DNA of 64,000 nt, from positions 2,855 to 66,854 of the forward strand of contig JBMNOL010000002.1 in assembly GCA_050943055.1 (NCBI GenBank). Direction: 5' to 3'. Of this stretch, positions 48,314 through 55,866 are shown in pieces. Numbering within the stretch: position 1 is the stretch's first letter; each line of letters opens with the position of its first letter. This stretch comes from Patescibacteria group bacterium. Its GTDB lineage: Bacteria; Patescibacteriota; Patescibacteriia; Patescibacteriales; UBA12465. Below the pieces are notes generated by a model, which saw nothing but the letters and a program-made list of their open reading frames with translations, searched no databases and was not told the origin of the DNA. The translations under genes were made by a program, and so were the position numbers.

Positions 48314-48946
48314 ATGGCTACAAACCTTGATGCTCAATGCAAACAATGCCGTCGTGCCGGCGAAAAACTTTTCTTAAAAGGCGAACGCTGCTCATCTCCT
48401 AAATGTGCAATGGTTAAGCGCGCGACCCCGCCCGGATTTCACGGTGCCAATACTAAACATCCCCGTCATTTATCCGATTACGGACAGCAATTGGCGGAAA
48501 AACAGAAAGTGCGCCGCTATTATAATATAATGGAAAAGCAATTCCGAATTACTTTTGATCGGGCCAAGAAAAAGACTGGTGATGCCGGAAAGAATTTTTT
48601 AAAGATGTTAGAGATGCGCCTGGATAATACTGTTTATCGTTTAGGTTTTGCCGTCTCTCGTTTTGAAGCTCGCCAACTGGTTAGTCATGGGCACTTATTA
48701 GTTAATGGGAAAAAAGTTGATATTCCTTCTTATCAAGTTAAGGAGGGGGATGTGATTTCTATCCGTCAGCGCAGCTTAAAGAATGCTTTTTTCAAAAAAG
48801 CGCTCGAACGTAAAATTGATTCACGCCCGAGTTGGTTAAACTGGAATGAGGCTGAGAAAACGGCGAAGGTTCTACACGAACCAGCGGATACTGATTTACC
48901 GGCTAATTTCAATGTTCAGGTTATTATTGAATATTATTCTAAATAA
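48314..48946 (+). CDS. rpsD: 30S ribosomal protein S4
   Basis: N-terminal Cys cluster CKQCRR...CSSPKC and an S4 RNA-binding domain (RLDNTVYRLGFA.SR.EARQLV.HGH). Confidence 0.95.
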   Translation: MATNLDAQCKQCRRAGEKLFLKGERCSSPKCAMVKRATPPGFHGANTKHPRHLSDYGQQLAEKQKVRRYYNIMEKQFRITFDRAKKKTGDAGKNFLKMLEMRLDNTVYRLGFAVSRFEARQLVSHGHLLVNGKKVDIPSYQVKEGDVISIRQRSLKNAFFKKALERKIDSRPSWLNWNEAEKTAKVLHEPADTDLPANFNVQVIIEYYSK

Positions 48947-49002
48947 TTTAGTGTCGTCAGGAGATCCGCTGCTTAGCGGTTTGACTGCGGCCTCAAGCAT
49001 CT

Positions 49003-49827
49003 ATGCAAAAAATCGCTTTGCCTAAAAAGATAGAATTTAAAGCGGGCGAAGACGCCGGTGAGGGGCAGATTATTATTGAACCGTTATACTCCGGATATGG
49101 CATGACCCTTGGCAATCCTCTCCGTCGCGTTTTGCTTTCCTCTTTAACGGGCGCCGCCGTTATTGGTGTTAAAATTAAGGGTGTTAGTCACGAATTCATG
49201 GCCTTACCGGGAGTTAAGGAGGATATTTTAGAAATTATTTTAAATCTCAAGCAATTACGCCTTAAAATGATGGGTGAGGAAGAAGAGGGAACATTGGTTT
49301 TAAAAGCGAAAGGTAAAGGGAAAATCACTGCCGCCGATATTACTAAAAATGCGGATATCGTCATTGTTAACCCGGACTTGTTATTAGCTGAGTTAACTGA
49401 TGATAATGCGAGTTTAGAGATGGAAATTTTTGTTAAAGAAGGTCGCGGCTATAAGATGTCTGAGGGCGGTAAGCGCGATAACGAAATCGGTTATATTGAA
49501 ATCGATTCCATTTTTTCACCGGTCTTGTCGGTTAGTATTGATGTTGAAAACGCCCGCGTTGGAAAAATGACTAACTGGGATAAACTAATTTTAAATATTA
49601 AGACGGACAAAACCATTACGCCTCAAGAAGCCTTTGAACAGTCCGTGCAAATTTTAGTTGATCAATTCTCCTCCTTAATAGTTAAAGAAGAGCTTTCTGA
49701 TAAAGCCCCGAAAGAAGAAGCTGCTTCTGAAGAAGACAATTCAGCCGTAGCCGATGTGGCGGAGGAAGAAGTTGAGCCGGTGACTGAAAAAAAGAGTGCC
49801 GCTCCTAAAAAAACTAAGAAAAAGTAA
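49003..49827 (+). CDS. rpoA: DNA-directed RNA polymerase subunit alpha, N-terminal domain only plus low-complexity tail
   Basis: The alpha-NTD is present (EPLYSGYGMTLGNPLRRVLLSSL...). After about residue 228 there is only an E/A/K-rich tail, with no helix-hairpin-helix alpha-CTD. Total length is 274 aa. Confidence 0.9.
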   Translation: MQKIALPKKIEFKAGEDAGEGQIIIEPLYSGYGMTLGNPLRRVLLSSLTGAAVIGVKIKGVSHEFMALPGVKEDILEIILNLKQLRLKMMGEEEEGTLVLKAKGKGKITAADITKNADIVIVNPDLLLAELTDDNASLEMEIFVKEGRGYKMSEGGKRDNEIGYIEIDSIFSPVLSVSIDVENARVGKMTNWDKLILNIKTDKTITPQEAFEQSVQILVDQFSSLIVKEELSDKAPKEEAASEEDNSAVADVAEEEVEPVTEKKSAAPKKTKKK

Positions 49828-49853
49828 CTTAAAGATATTTTGTTTCTAAAAGT

Positions 49854-50204
49854 ATGAGACACCGTAATAAGAATAAAATTTTAGATCGCAAGCGCGGACC
49901 GCGTCAGTTGATGTTGCGTAATCTGGCTTCTAGTTTGATTATGTACGAAAAGGTGCAAACTACTAAAGCGAAAGCGGTGGCGGTTCGGCCTTTAGTTGAA
50001 AAAATGATTACCGTTTCTAAAGCTCAAGACTTAACGGCCCGGCGCACTTTAGCGTCTTTTTTGCTTCACGAAAAAGCGGTTTTAAAAACTTTAGAAGTTT
50101 TAGCGCCGCGATATGCGGAGCGGGCTGGTGGTTATACGAGAATGGTTAAATTAGGCAACCGTCAAGGAGATGGCGCTGAAATGGTCCAATTAGAATTAGT
50201 TTAG
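49854..50204 (+). CDS. rplQ: 50S ribosomal protein L17
   Basis: MRHRNK...LGR....R..LLRNLA..L......I.TT..KA pattern, and the expected position after rpoA. Confidence 0.95.
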   Translation: MRHRNKNKILDRKRGPRQLMLRNLASSLIMYEKVQTTKAKAVAVRPLVEKMITVSKAQDLTARRTLASFLLHEKAVLKTLEVLAPRYAERAGGYTRMVKLGNRQGDGAEMVQLELV

Positions 50205-50224
50205 TCATAAACTGTTTATATTTT

Positions 50225-50581
50225 ATGAAAAATATTGAAAGAAAAGTTCATCGTTTAGATGCTTCTGGGCAAGCCGTCGGCCGTCTGGCGAGTGAAATTG
50301 CGATTTTATTGCGCGGTAAAAATAAGCCAGAATACCAACCGCACTTGGATCTTGGTGATATTGTTGAAGTCGTGAATGCCGATCAAGTTAAATTTACTGG
50401 TCGTAAATTTGAACAAAAAAATTATTTTTCGGTTACTGGCTATATTGGTGGATTAAAAACTCGCAAACTGTCTGAAGTTTTTGCTAAGGACCCGGGCGAG
50501 GTTTTACGGCGCGCCGTTAAACAAATGCTTCCTAATAACCGCTTACGTGATGATATGATGAAACGTTTAATCATCAAATAA
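50225..50581 (+). CDS. rplM: 50S ribosomal protein L13 (short, 118 aa)
   Basis: LDASGQAVGRLASEIAILLRGKNKPEYQPH..GD.V.V.NA motif. It lacks the C-terminal 20 aa or so of the E. coli protein. Confidence 0.92.
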   Translation: MKNIERKVHRLDASGQAVGRLASEIAILLRGKNKPEYQPHLDLGDIVEVVNADQVKFTGRKFEQKNYFSVTGYIGGLKTRKLSEVFAKDPGEVLRRAVKQMLPNNRLRDDMMKRLIIK

Positions 50582-50607
50582 TTTTTCTATCAAAGTATTA
50601 TAATTTT

Positions 50608-51102
50608 ATGTCCGATAAAAAAACCGTAGCTCCAAAAACTAAGACCATCCCCGCGGCGGTGGCGGAAAAAAAGACCACCAAAAAAGTTGAGACCACTCCA
50701 ACCGTCTTTTCCGGAAAATATTTTAAAGGTTTAGGCCGCCGCAAAACGGCCGTCGCCCAAGTTCGTTTGTATACGGAAATGCCGGCTACCGAAGCCGTCG
50801 TTAATGGTAAAAACATTAAAGATTATTTTGGTGCTGATTTGGCCGCTTCTGCTCTGCAACCCTTGGAGGTTACCGGTCACACTAAGGACGTTGCTATTTC
50901 CATAATCGTTAAAGGGGGTGGCCCTATTGGTCAGGTAGCCGCGGTTCGCCATGGTGTGGCGCGCGCGATCTTGACGCTTGATCCGGAAACCCACACCGCT
51001 TTAAAGACTGATAACTTTTTGACTCGCGATGAGCGGGTAAAAGAAAGAAAGAAACCGGGGTTTAAAAAAGCTCGTAAGCGTCCCCAGTGGAGCAAACGTT
51101 AA
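50608..51102 (+). CDS. rpsI: 30S ribosomal protein S9 with about 35-aa N-terminal extension
   Basis: The S9 core runs from GLGRRKTAVAQVRL to the C-terminal KKARKRPQWSKR. The N-terminus is K/T/A/P-rich. Confidence 0.93.
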   Translation: MSDKKTVAPKTKTIPAAVAEKKTTKKVETTPTVFSGKYFKGLGRRKTAVAQVRLYTEMPATEAVVNGKNIKDYFGADLAASALQPLEVTGHTKDVAISIIVKGGGPIGQVAAVRHGVARAILTLDPETHTALKTDNFLTRDERVKERKKPGFKKARKRPQWSKR

Positions 51103-51115
51103 TTTACACCCTTTT

Positions 51116-51140
51116 AAAAACCTCCTTCCGGAGGTTTTTT
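51116..51140 (+). terminator. Intrinsic terminator after rpsI
   Basis: AAAAA-CCTCC, loop TTCC, GGAGG-TTTTTT. Confidence 0.75.
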
Positions 51141-51167
51141 GTTAGCTCTTTATGCTATAATTCACTT

Positions 51168-52280
51168 ATGAATAATTTGTTAGCACAACTAGAAGACTTA
51201 CAAGCCAAAACTAAATCCTTGGCGAGTTTATTGAATTTGGAGGCCAAAAAAGAAGAAGTTATTAAACTGCAAGCTGAGATATCAGCACCCGATTTTTGGC
51301 AAGACCAAGAGCAGGCGGTTAAAGTGGGACAGGCTTTAGAAAAATTGCAAAAACAAATTAAACCCTTTGAAGATTTAGCTCAAGATTTACAGGAAAATAT
51401 AGAGTTCGCTAATTTGGTGGCGCTTGAAGAAACTCAAGCGGAGTTGCAGAAAGAATTAGAAAAAAAAGTGATCGGCCTAGAAAAGATTTATCAAGGCTTG
51501 GAATTTTATTCTCTAATGTCCGGTCCTTATGATGAGGCTGATGCCTATATCTCTATTCATGCCGGTACCGGCGGTGTTGATGCTCAAGATTTTGCTTTAA
51601 TGTTGGAGCGAATGTATTTGCGTTTTTGTGAAATCGCTGGTTTTAAGGTGGAATTAGTGGATCGCTCAATGGCTAATGAGGCTGGAATAAAAAGCGCTTT
51701 GTATAAAATTAGCGGTCCTTATGTCTACGGTTATTTACGGAGCGAACATGGCGTTCATCGGCTCGTGCGGATTTCTCCCTTTGATGGCGAATCTTTACGA
51801 CAGACTTCTTTTGCCTTAGTGGAGGTGACTCCAGAATTACCGACAGAAAGTTTACCGCCACTTAAAGATGAAGATTTAAAAATTGATTTGTTTCGAGCCA
51901 GTGGTCCTGGTGGCCAGAATGTTAACAAAACCGAGTCCGCGGTCCGGATTACGCATTTACCGACCGGCTTAGTGGTCGCTTGCCAGAACGAACGCTCTCA
52001 GCACCAAAATAAAGCTACGGCCCTTCGTATTTTACAAGCCAAGCTGCATCAGTTAAGTCTTTCGGAACGGGCGGAAGAGCTGGAAGAAATTAAAGGCGGC
52101 GTCATGACGGCTTCTTGGGGCCGGCAAATTCGTTCTTATGTTTTGCAGCCCTATCAAATGGTTAAAGATCACCGGAGTAATTATAGTACTAGCGATGTGA
52201 ATGCTGTTTTTGATGGTGAGCTAAAACCATTTATGGAGGCTTATCTTCGTTTTAGTGCCAACCAAAGTGACGCCAATTAA
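51168..52280 (+). CDS. prfB: Peptide chain release factor 2, encoded in a single frame
   Basis: SPF tripeptide (RISPFD) and the GGQ motif (SGPGGQNVNK). The start was set to the ATG at 51168, because the track's 5-prime extension overlaps rpsI and the terminator. Confidence 0.92.
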   Translation: MNNLLAQLEDLQAKTKSLASLLNLEAKKEEVIKLQAEISAPDFWQDQEQAVKVGQALEKLQKQIKPFEDLAQDLQENIEFANLVALEETQAELQKELEKKVIGLEKIYQGLEFYSLMSGPYDEADAYISIHAGTGGVDAQDFALMLERMYLRFCEIAGFKVELVDRSMANEAGIKSALYKISGPYVYGYLRSEHGVHRLVRISPFDGESLRQTSFALVEVTPELPTESLPPLKDEDLKIDLFRASGPGGQNVNKTESAVRITHLPTGLVVACQNERSQHQNKATALRILQAKLHQLSLSERAEELEEIKGGVMTASWGRQIRSYVLQPYQMVKDHRSNYSTSDVNAVFDGELKPFMEAYLRFSANQSDAN

Positions 52281-52337
52281 ATTTTTTTTGAAAAATAATT
52301 GAGATAAAATTAATCAGACTTTCTTTACAATGAGCTC

Positions 52338-53792
52338 ATGCGACGCTCATTTTTTCTTTATTTGGCGGCCGTTTTTATTATCGGTCTGTTTGTGGCGGCC
52401 AGCGGTCAGCCCTTATTTTTATTGGCGGGTTTAGTCTTTGTCTTTTGGCGGCGACCGCCGTGGTGGTGGCTGATAGGGATAATTTTACTTTTTGGGGCAA
52501 TCTTTTATCATCAAGAATTTGCTTCTCGGGCAGCCACTTCTAAGCTGCGGGCCCAAGTGGGTCAGACCGCCAGTGGCCGGGCTTTAATTAGCGAAGATAT
52601 TGATCCCGGCGGTAATTATCAAAAGGTGGTGGCGATTCATTTAACGGCCGACGGGAAGTTTGGAGAAAGATTTTTAATAAGGTTACCGGCTTATCCTCGT
52701 TACCAGGCCGGCGAGATTATTAGTTTTTCTGGCACTTGGGAAGCGCCAGAAAACTGGTCGGCTTTTCGCTATGACCGTTATCTGGCTCGGCAAGAAATTT
52801 ATGTTTTGTTAGATTTTCCGAAAGTCGAAAAGATTGGTGTCGCTAAAGGATTTTTATTTTCTTTGTGGCGTTTTAAGGCTCGCTTATATCAAAAAATTAT
52901 CGCTCATTTGCCCGAGCCGGAAGCAGGGTTGGCGGCCGCTTTAATGTTGGGGTATCGGCAAACAATTAATGCTTATGATAAAACCGTTTTCTCAGAAACG
53001 GGACTTAGTCATTTAATTGCTATTTCTGGATCGCACTTAAGCCTGTTAGCCGGAATGTTTTTTCTTTTTTTAAAACGTTTAAAAATAAAAGAGCGCGCGG
53101 CGGTACCCCTGGTTATAATTTTTCTCTGGTTTTACGTGGCTTTAACCGGTTTTTCTGCTTCCGCTTTACGCTCGGTGTTAATGTCCACTTTCGTTTTAAG
53201 TGGAGTAGGGAAGCGTTGGCAGCTTACTAGTGGTTCACTTTTATTAATTTGCGCTGCCCTAATGCTTCTAAAAAATCCTTTACTGCTGCGTGATGACTTA
53301 AGTTTTCAATTATCTTATTTGGCGCTACTCGCTCTTATCTATGGTCAGCCGTTAGCGGAAGCTAAATTTGGCCAGGGTCCGATTCGTAGCCTGCTGATTC
53401 TCACTACTCTTGTCCAACTGGTGACCTGGCCGGTTTCGGCTCTTAATTTCGGTCGCGTTTCTTTGCTGGCGCCCTTGGCTAATTTATTGGTAACCGGTCT
53501 GTTTACTTGGCTTTTGCCGCTTTTAATTGTTAATGTAATTTTTTCTTTTGCTATTTCGGGGGCGTTTTTCTGGGCCGGGACTTATCTTTTGTTACGAACT
53601 ATTTTTTTAATTAGTCGATTTTTAGCATCTTTACCGGGGGCGGCCGTTTCGCTAACTATTAGTGATGGCTTTGTCTATACCTATTATTTAGTTCTTTTTA
53701 TCCTTTATAGGCGCTTAAAGAAAACTACTCGCTTCAAAAAAAGCCCCCAACTTGAGGACTTTTTAAACCAATTTAAAAATTACCGAAACTAA
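52338..53792 (+). CDS. comEC: ComEC/Rec2-family DNA-uptake channel protein (no metallo-beta-lactamase domain)
   Basis: 484-aa polytopic protein with an OB-like DUF4131 N-terminal segment and a competence-domain motif (LSHLIAISGSHLSLLAG). The ORF ends before any HxHxDH nuclease domain. Confidence 0.8.
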   Translation: MRRSFFLYLAAVFIIGLFVAASGQPLFLLAGLVFVFWRRPPWWWLIGIILLFGAIFYHQEFASRAATSKLRAQVGQTASGRALISEDIDPGGNYQKVVAIHLTADGKFGERFLIRLPAYPRYQAGEIISFSGTWEAPENWSAFRYDRYLARQEIYVLLDFPKVEKIGVAKGFLFSLWRFKARLYQKIIAHLPEPEAGLAAALMLGYRQTINAYDKTVFSETGLSHLIAISGSHLSLLAGMFFLFLKRLKIKERAAVPLVIIFLWFYVALTGFSASALRSVLMSTFVLSGVGKRWQLTSGSLLLICAALMLLKNPLLLRDDLSFQLSYLALLALIYGQPLAEAKFGQGPIRSLLILTTLVQLVTWPVSALNFGRVSLLAPLANLLVTGLFTWLLPLLIVNVIFSFAISGAFFWAGTYLLLRTIFLISRFLASLPGAAVSLTISDGFVYTYYLVLFILYRRLKKTTRFKKSPQLEDFLNQFKNYRN

Positions 53793-53796
53793 GTCT

Positions 53797-53976
53797 TTAT
53801 TTAGCGGCATTTTTAGCGACCGTGCGTAAGCAGGCGGTGCAAATCTTAACTTTTACTCCTTCAATATTTCTATTTTGGAGGTTAATTTCCTGTCGTTTTA
53901 AAGTTTTAATTTTGGAGTGTGAGCGAATAGCACCTTTGGTTGCTCCGCGGCCACAGAGATCGCAAGTTTTTCCCAT
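53797..53976 (-). CDS. rpmB: 50S ribosomal protein L28
   Basis: MGKTCDLCGRGATKGAIRSHSKIKTLKRQEINLQ matches the L28 pattern. The ATG with the AAAAATATG context was preferred over the upstream TTG at 53988. Confidence 0.88.
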   Translation of the reverse strand: MGKTCDLCGRGATKGAIRSHSKIKTLKRQEINLQNRNIEGVKVKICTACLRTVAKNAAK

Positions 53977-54109
53977 ATTTTTTCCCAAACAACTAACCGG
54001 GCTACTAATGGCGCCGGCGTTTATTCTTAGATTAATTTCGAGCCAATCTTAACAAGGTTTTAAAAAATAATCAAGCTGTGTTAGAATTAAGTAATCTTAA
54101 GCTTTTTTT

Positions 54110-54715
54110 ATGATTGAAATTTTTTCGCTCCTCACTTTAATTCTCTCTATTACTTTTCATGAATTTTTTCATGGCTTGGCCGCTTATCGTTTAGGCGATA
54201 ATACGGCTAAAAATGCCGGCCGCCTAACGCTTAACCCTATTAAGCATTTAGATCCGGTGGGTTCTTTTTTACTACCGCTTACTCTTTATTTGGTGAATTC
54301 GCCATTTTTGTTTGGCTGGGCTAAGCCCGTGCCTTATAATCCTAATAATCTTCGCGATAAAAGATTTGGTGATGCTAAAGTCGCAACTGCTGGCCCTTTA
54401 GCAAATTTAGGGTTAGCAATTTTTGCTGCTTTATTGTTCCGTCTTCTGGGGCCCGCTTCGGCACTCACCTATTTTTTACTGCAAGCGATTATTATTAATG
54501 TGCTATTAGCCCTCTTTAATTTAATTCCGCTGCCGCCCTTAGACGGATCAAAAATTTTAGCGGTTTTTCTGCCGGCGCGCTTACGCTTCCGTTTACTGCA
54601 GGCTAATCAGTGGTGGGGGTTCTTATTTTTATTCCTTTTTTTATTTATTGGCTTTGACTACCTCATTCCGCTGGTTTTTAAAATTTCTTGGGGGCTAGCC
54701 GGTCTGCCTCTTTAA
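54110..54715 (+). CDS. Site-2 protease family (M50) membrane metalloprotease, small form
   Basis: HEFFHG zinc motif, NLIPLPPLDGS, and 5-6 TM segments. Confidence 0.85.
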   Translation: MIEIFSLLTLILSITFHEFFHGLAAYRLGDNTAKNAGRLTLNPIKHLDPVGSFLLPLTLYLVNSPFLFGWAKPVPYNPNNLRDKRFGDAKVATAGPLANLGLAIFAALLFRLLGPASALTYFLLQAIIINVLLALFNLIPLPPLDGSKILAVFLPARLRFRLLQANQWWGFLFLFLFLFIGFDYLIPLVFKISWGLAGLPL

Positions 54716-54776
54716 GAATGAAGGGCAGATTAGGATTATTAAAAAAATTTTTTCTTGATTAGAGAACTTTAATGTC

Positions 54777-54805
54777 TTGACTTTAGCTCTTTCTTTTGTT
54801 AAATT
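54777..54805 (+). promoter_or_regulatory. Putative promoter of the str operon
   Basis: TTGACT (54777-54782), a 17-nt spacer, then TAAATT (54800-54805). Confidence 0.45.
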
Positions 54806-54828
54806 TATCTGGCAATTTAAAAAATGCT

Positions 54829-54857
54829 GTCCTGACAGTTCAGGACTGTTTTGTTGT
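54829..54857 (+). terminator. Leader hairpin with U-rich tail upstream of rpsL (attenuator- or terminator-like)
   Basis: GTCCTGA (54829-54835), loop CAGT, TCAGGAC (54840-54846), then TGTTTTGTTGTT. Confidence 0.4.
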
Positions 54858-54892
54858 TAAAAGCTTTAATCAACAGCTGATAAGAAAAAGTT

Positions 54893-55318
54893 ATGCCTAC
54901 AATTAACCAGTTGGTTCGTAAGGGTCGCAAATCTAAATCAAAGCGTCAGCACTCACTTGCTTTGCATGTGAATCTGGATACTTTGCACCGCAAGCGCAAA
55001 GAAGTCGTTAAAGGAGCTCCTTTTAAACAGGGGGTTTGTTTAAAGGTAACCACGACCACGCCTAAGAAACCGAACTCGGCTTTACGAAAAATTTGCCGTG
55101 TCCGCTTATCTAATGGTATGGAAGTGACGGCTTATATTCCGGGCATGGGGCACAATCTACAGGAACACTCCATCGTTTTAGTGAAGGGTGGAAAAACTAA
55201 AGATTTACCTGGTGTTCGCTATAAGGTTATTCGTGGTGTCTATGATGCCTCCGGTGTTGAAGCGCGACGGAAGAGTCGCAGTGCTTACGGTGCTAAAAAA
55301 CCGAAAGCGGCTAAATAA
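54893..55318 (+). CDS. rpsL: 30S ribosomal protein S12
   Basis: [24 protein letters not shown] and [17 protein letters not shown]. It carries an insertion of about 15 aa after residue 22 or so. Confidence 0.95.
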   Translation: MPTINQLVRKGRKSKSKRQHSLALHVNLDTLHRKRKEVVKGAPFKQGVCLKVTTTTPKKPNSALRKICRVRLSNGMEVTAYIPGMGHNLQEHSIVLVKGGKTKDLPGVRYKVIRGVYDASGVEARRKSRSAYGAKKPKAAK

Positions 55319-55377
55319 TTTATTTATAAGAGTTGCGTTAATACGCAGTCGCTATAGCTAACGACTGTTCTAAAATT

Positions 55378-55845
55378 ATGAGAGGGAAGCCAGCCTCAAA
55401 AAGAGACATCGCCGGCGATGTCAAATATAATGATGTTACAATTGCCAAATTTATTAATTATGTAATGGAAGATGGCAAGAAGTCACGAGCGGAAAAAATT
55501 GTTTATTTTGCTTTTGAAACAATCAAGGATAAGACTAAACAAGATCCGCGCCATGTTTTTAATAAAGCCATTAAAAAGGTTTCTCCTTTAGTGGAAGTGC
55601 GCGGTAAGCGCGTTGGTGGTGCTAACTATCAAGTGCCTTTTCAAGTTCGTGGTGAGCGTCGCTATTATTTGGGTTGCAACTGGTTGATTAAAGCGGCTCA
55701 AGATCGTCGCGGTCGTTCCATGGCGGAAAAGTTAGCCGCCGAAATTATTGATGCTGCCAATGGTGAAGGCGCTGCCGTGCGTAAGCGTGAGGCCGTCCAT
55801 AAGATGGCGGAAGCCAACAAGGCTTTTGCCCATTTTTCTCGTTAA
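55378..55845 (+). CDS. rpsG: 30S ribosomal protein S7
   Basis: GKKS.AE.IVY.A, VEVR..RVGGANYQVP, and the expected position after rpsL. Confidence 0.95.
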   Translation: MRGKPASKRDIAGDVKYNDVTIAKFINYVMEDGKKSRAEKIVYFAFETIKDKTKQDPRHVFNKAIKKVSPLVEVRGKRVGGANYQVPFQVRGERRYYLGCNWLIKAAQDRRGRSMAEKLAAEIIDAANGEGAAVRKREAVHKMAEANKAFAHFSR

Positions 55846-55866
55846 GCTTTAAAATTTACTAACTCT

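Noticed and set aside
48947-49002. A GC-rich hairpin (CCGCT-GCTT-AGCGG within GTCA...TGAC) in the rpsD-rpoA spacer, considered as a regulatory element.
   Set aside because: The structure is real in sequence, but it is short, has no U-tract, and has no known analogue. On its own it is not enough evidence to call it anything beyond a possible processing or stability hairpin.
51168-51300. The programmed +1 frameshift site in prfB.
   Set aside because: The RF2 reading frame is continuous from the ATG at 51168, and there is no early in-frame TGA or CTT-TGA motif.
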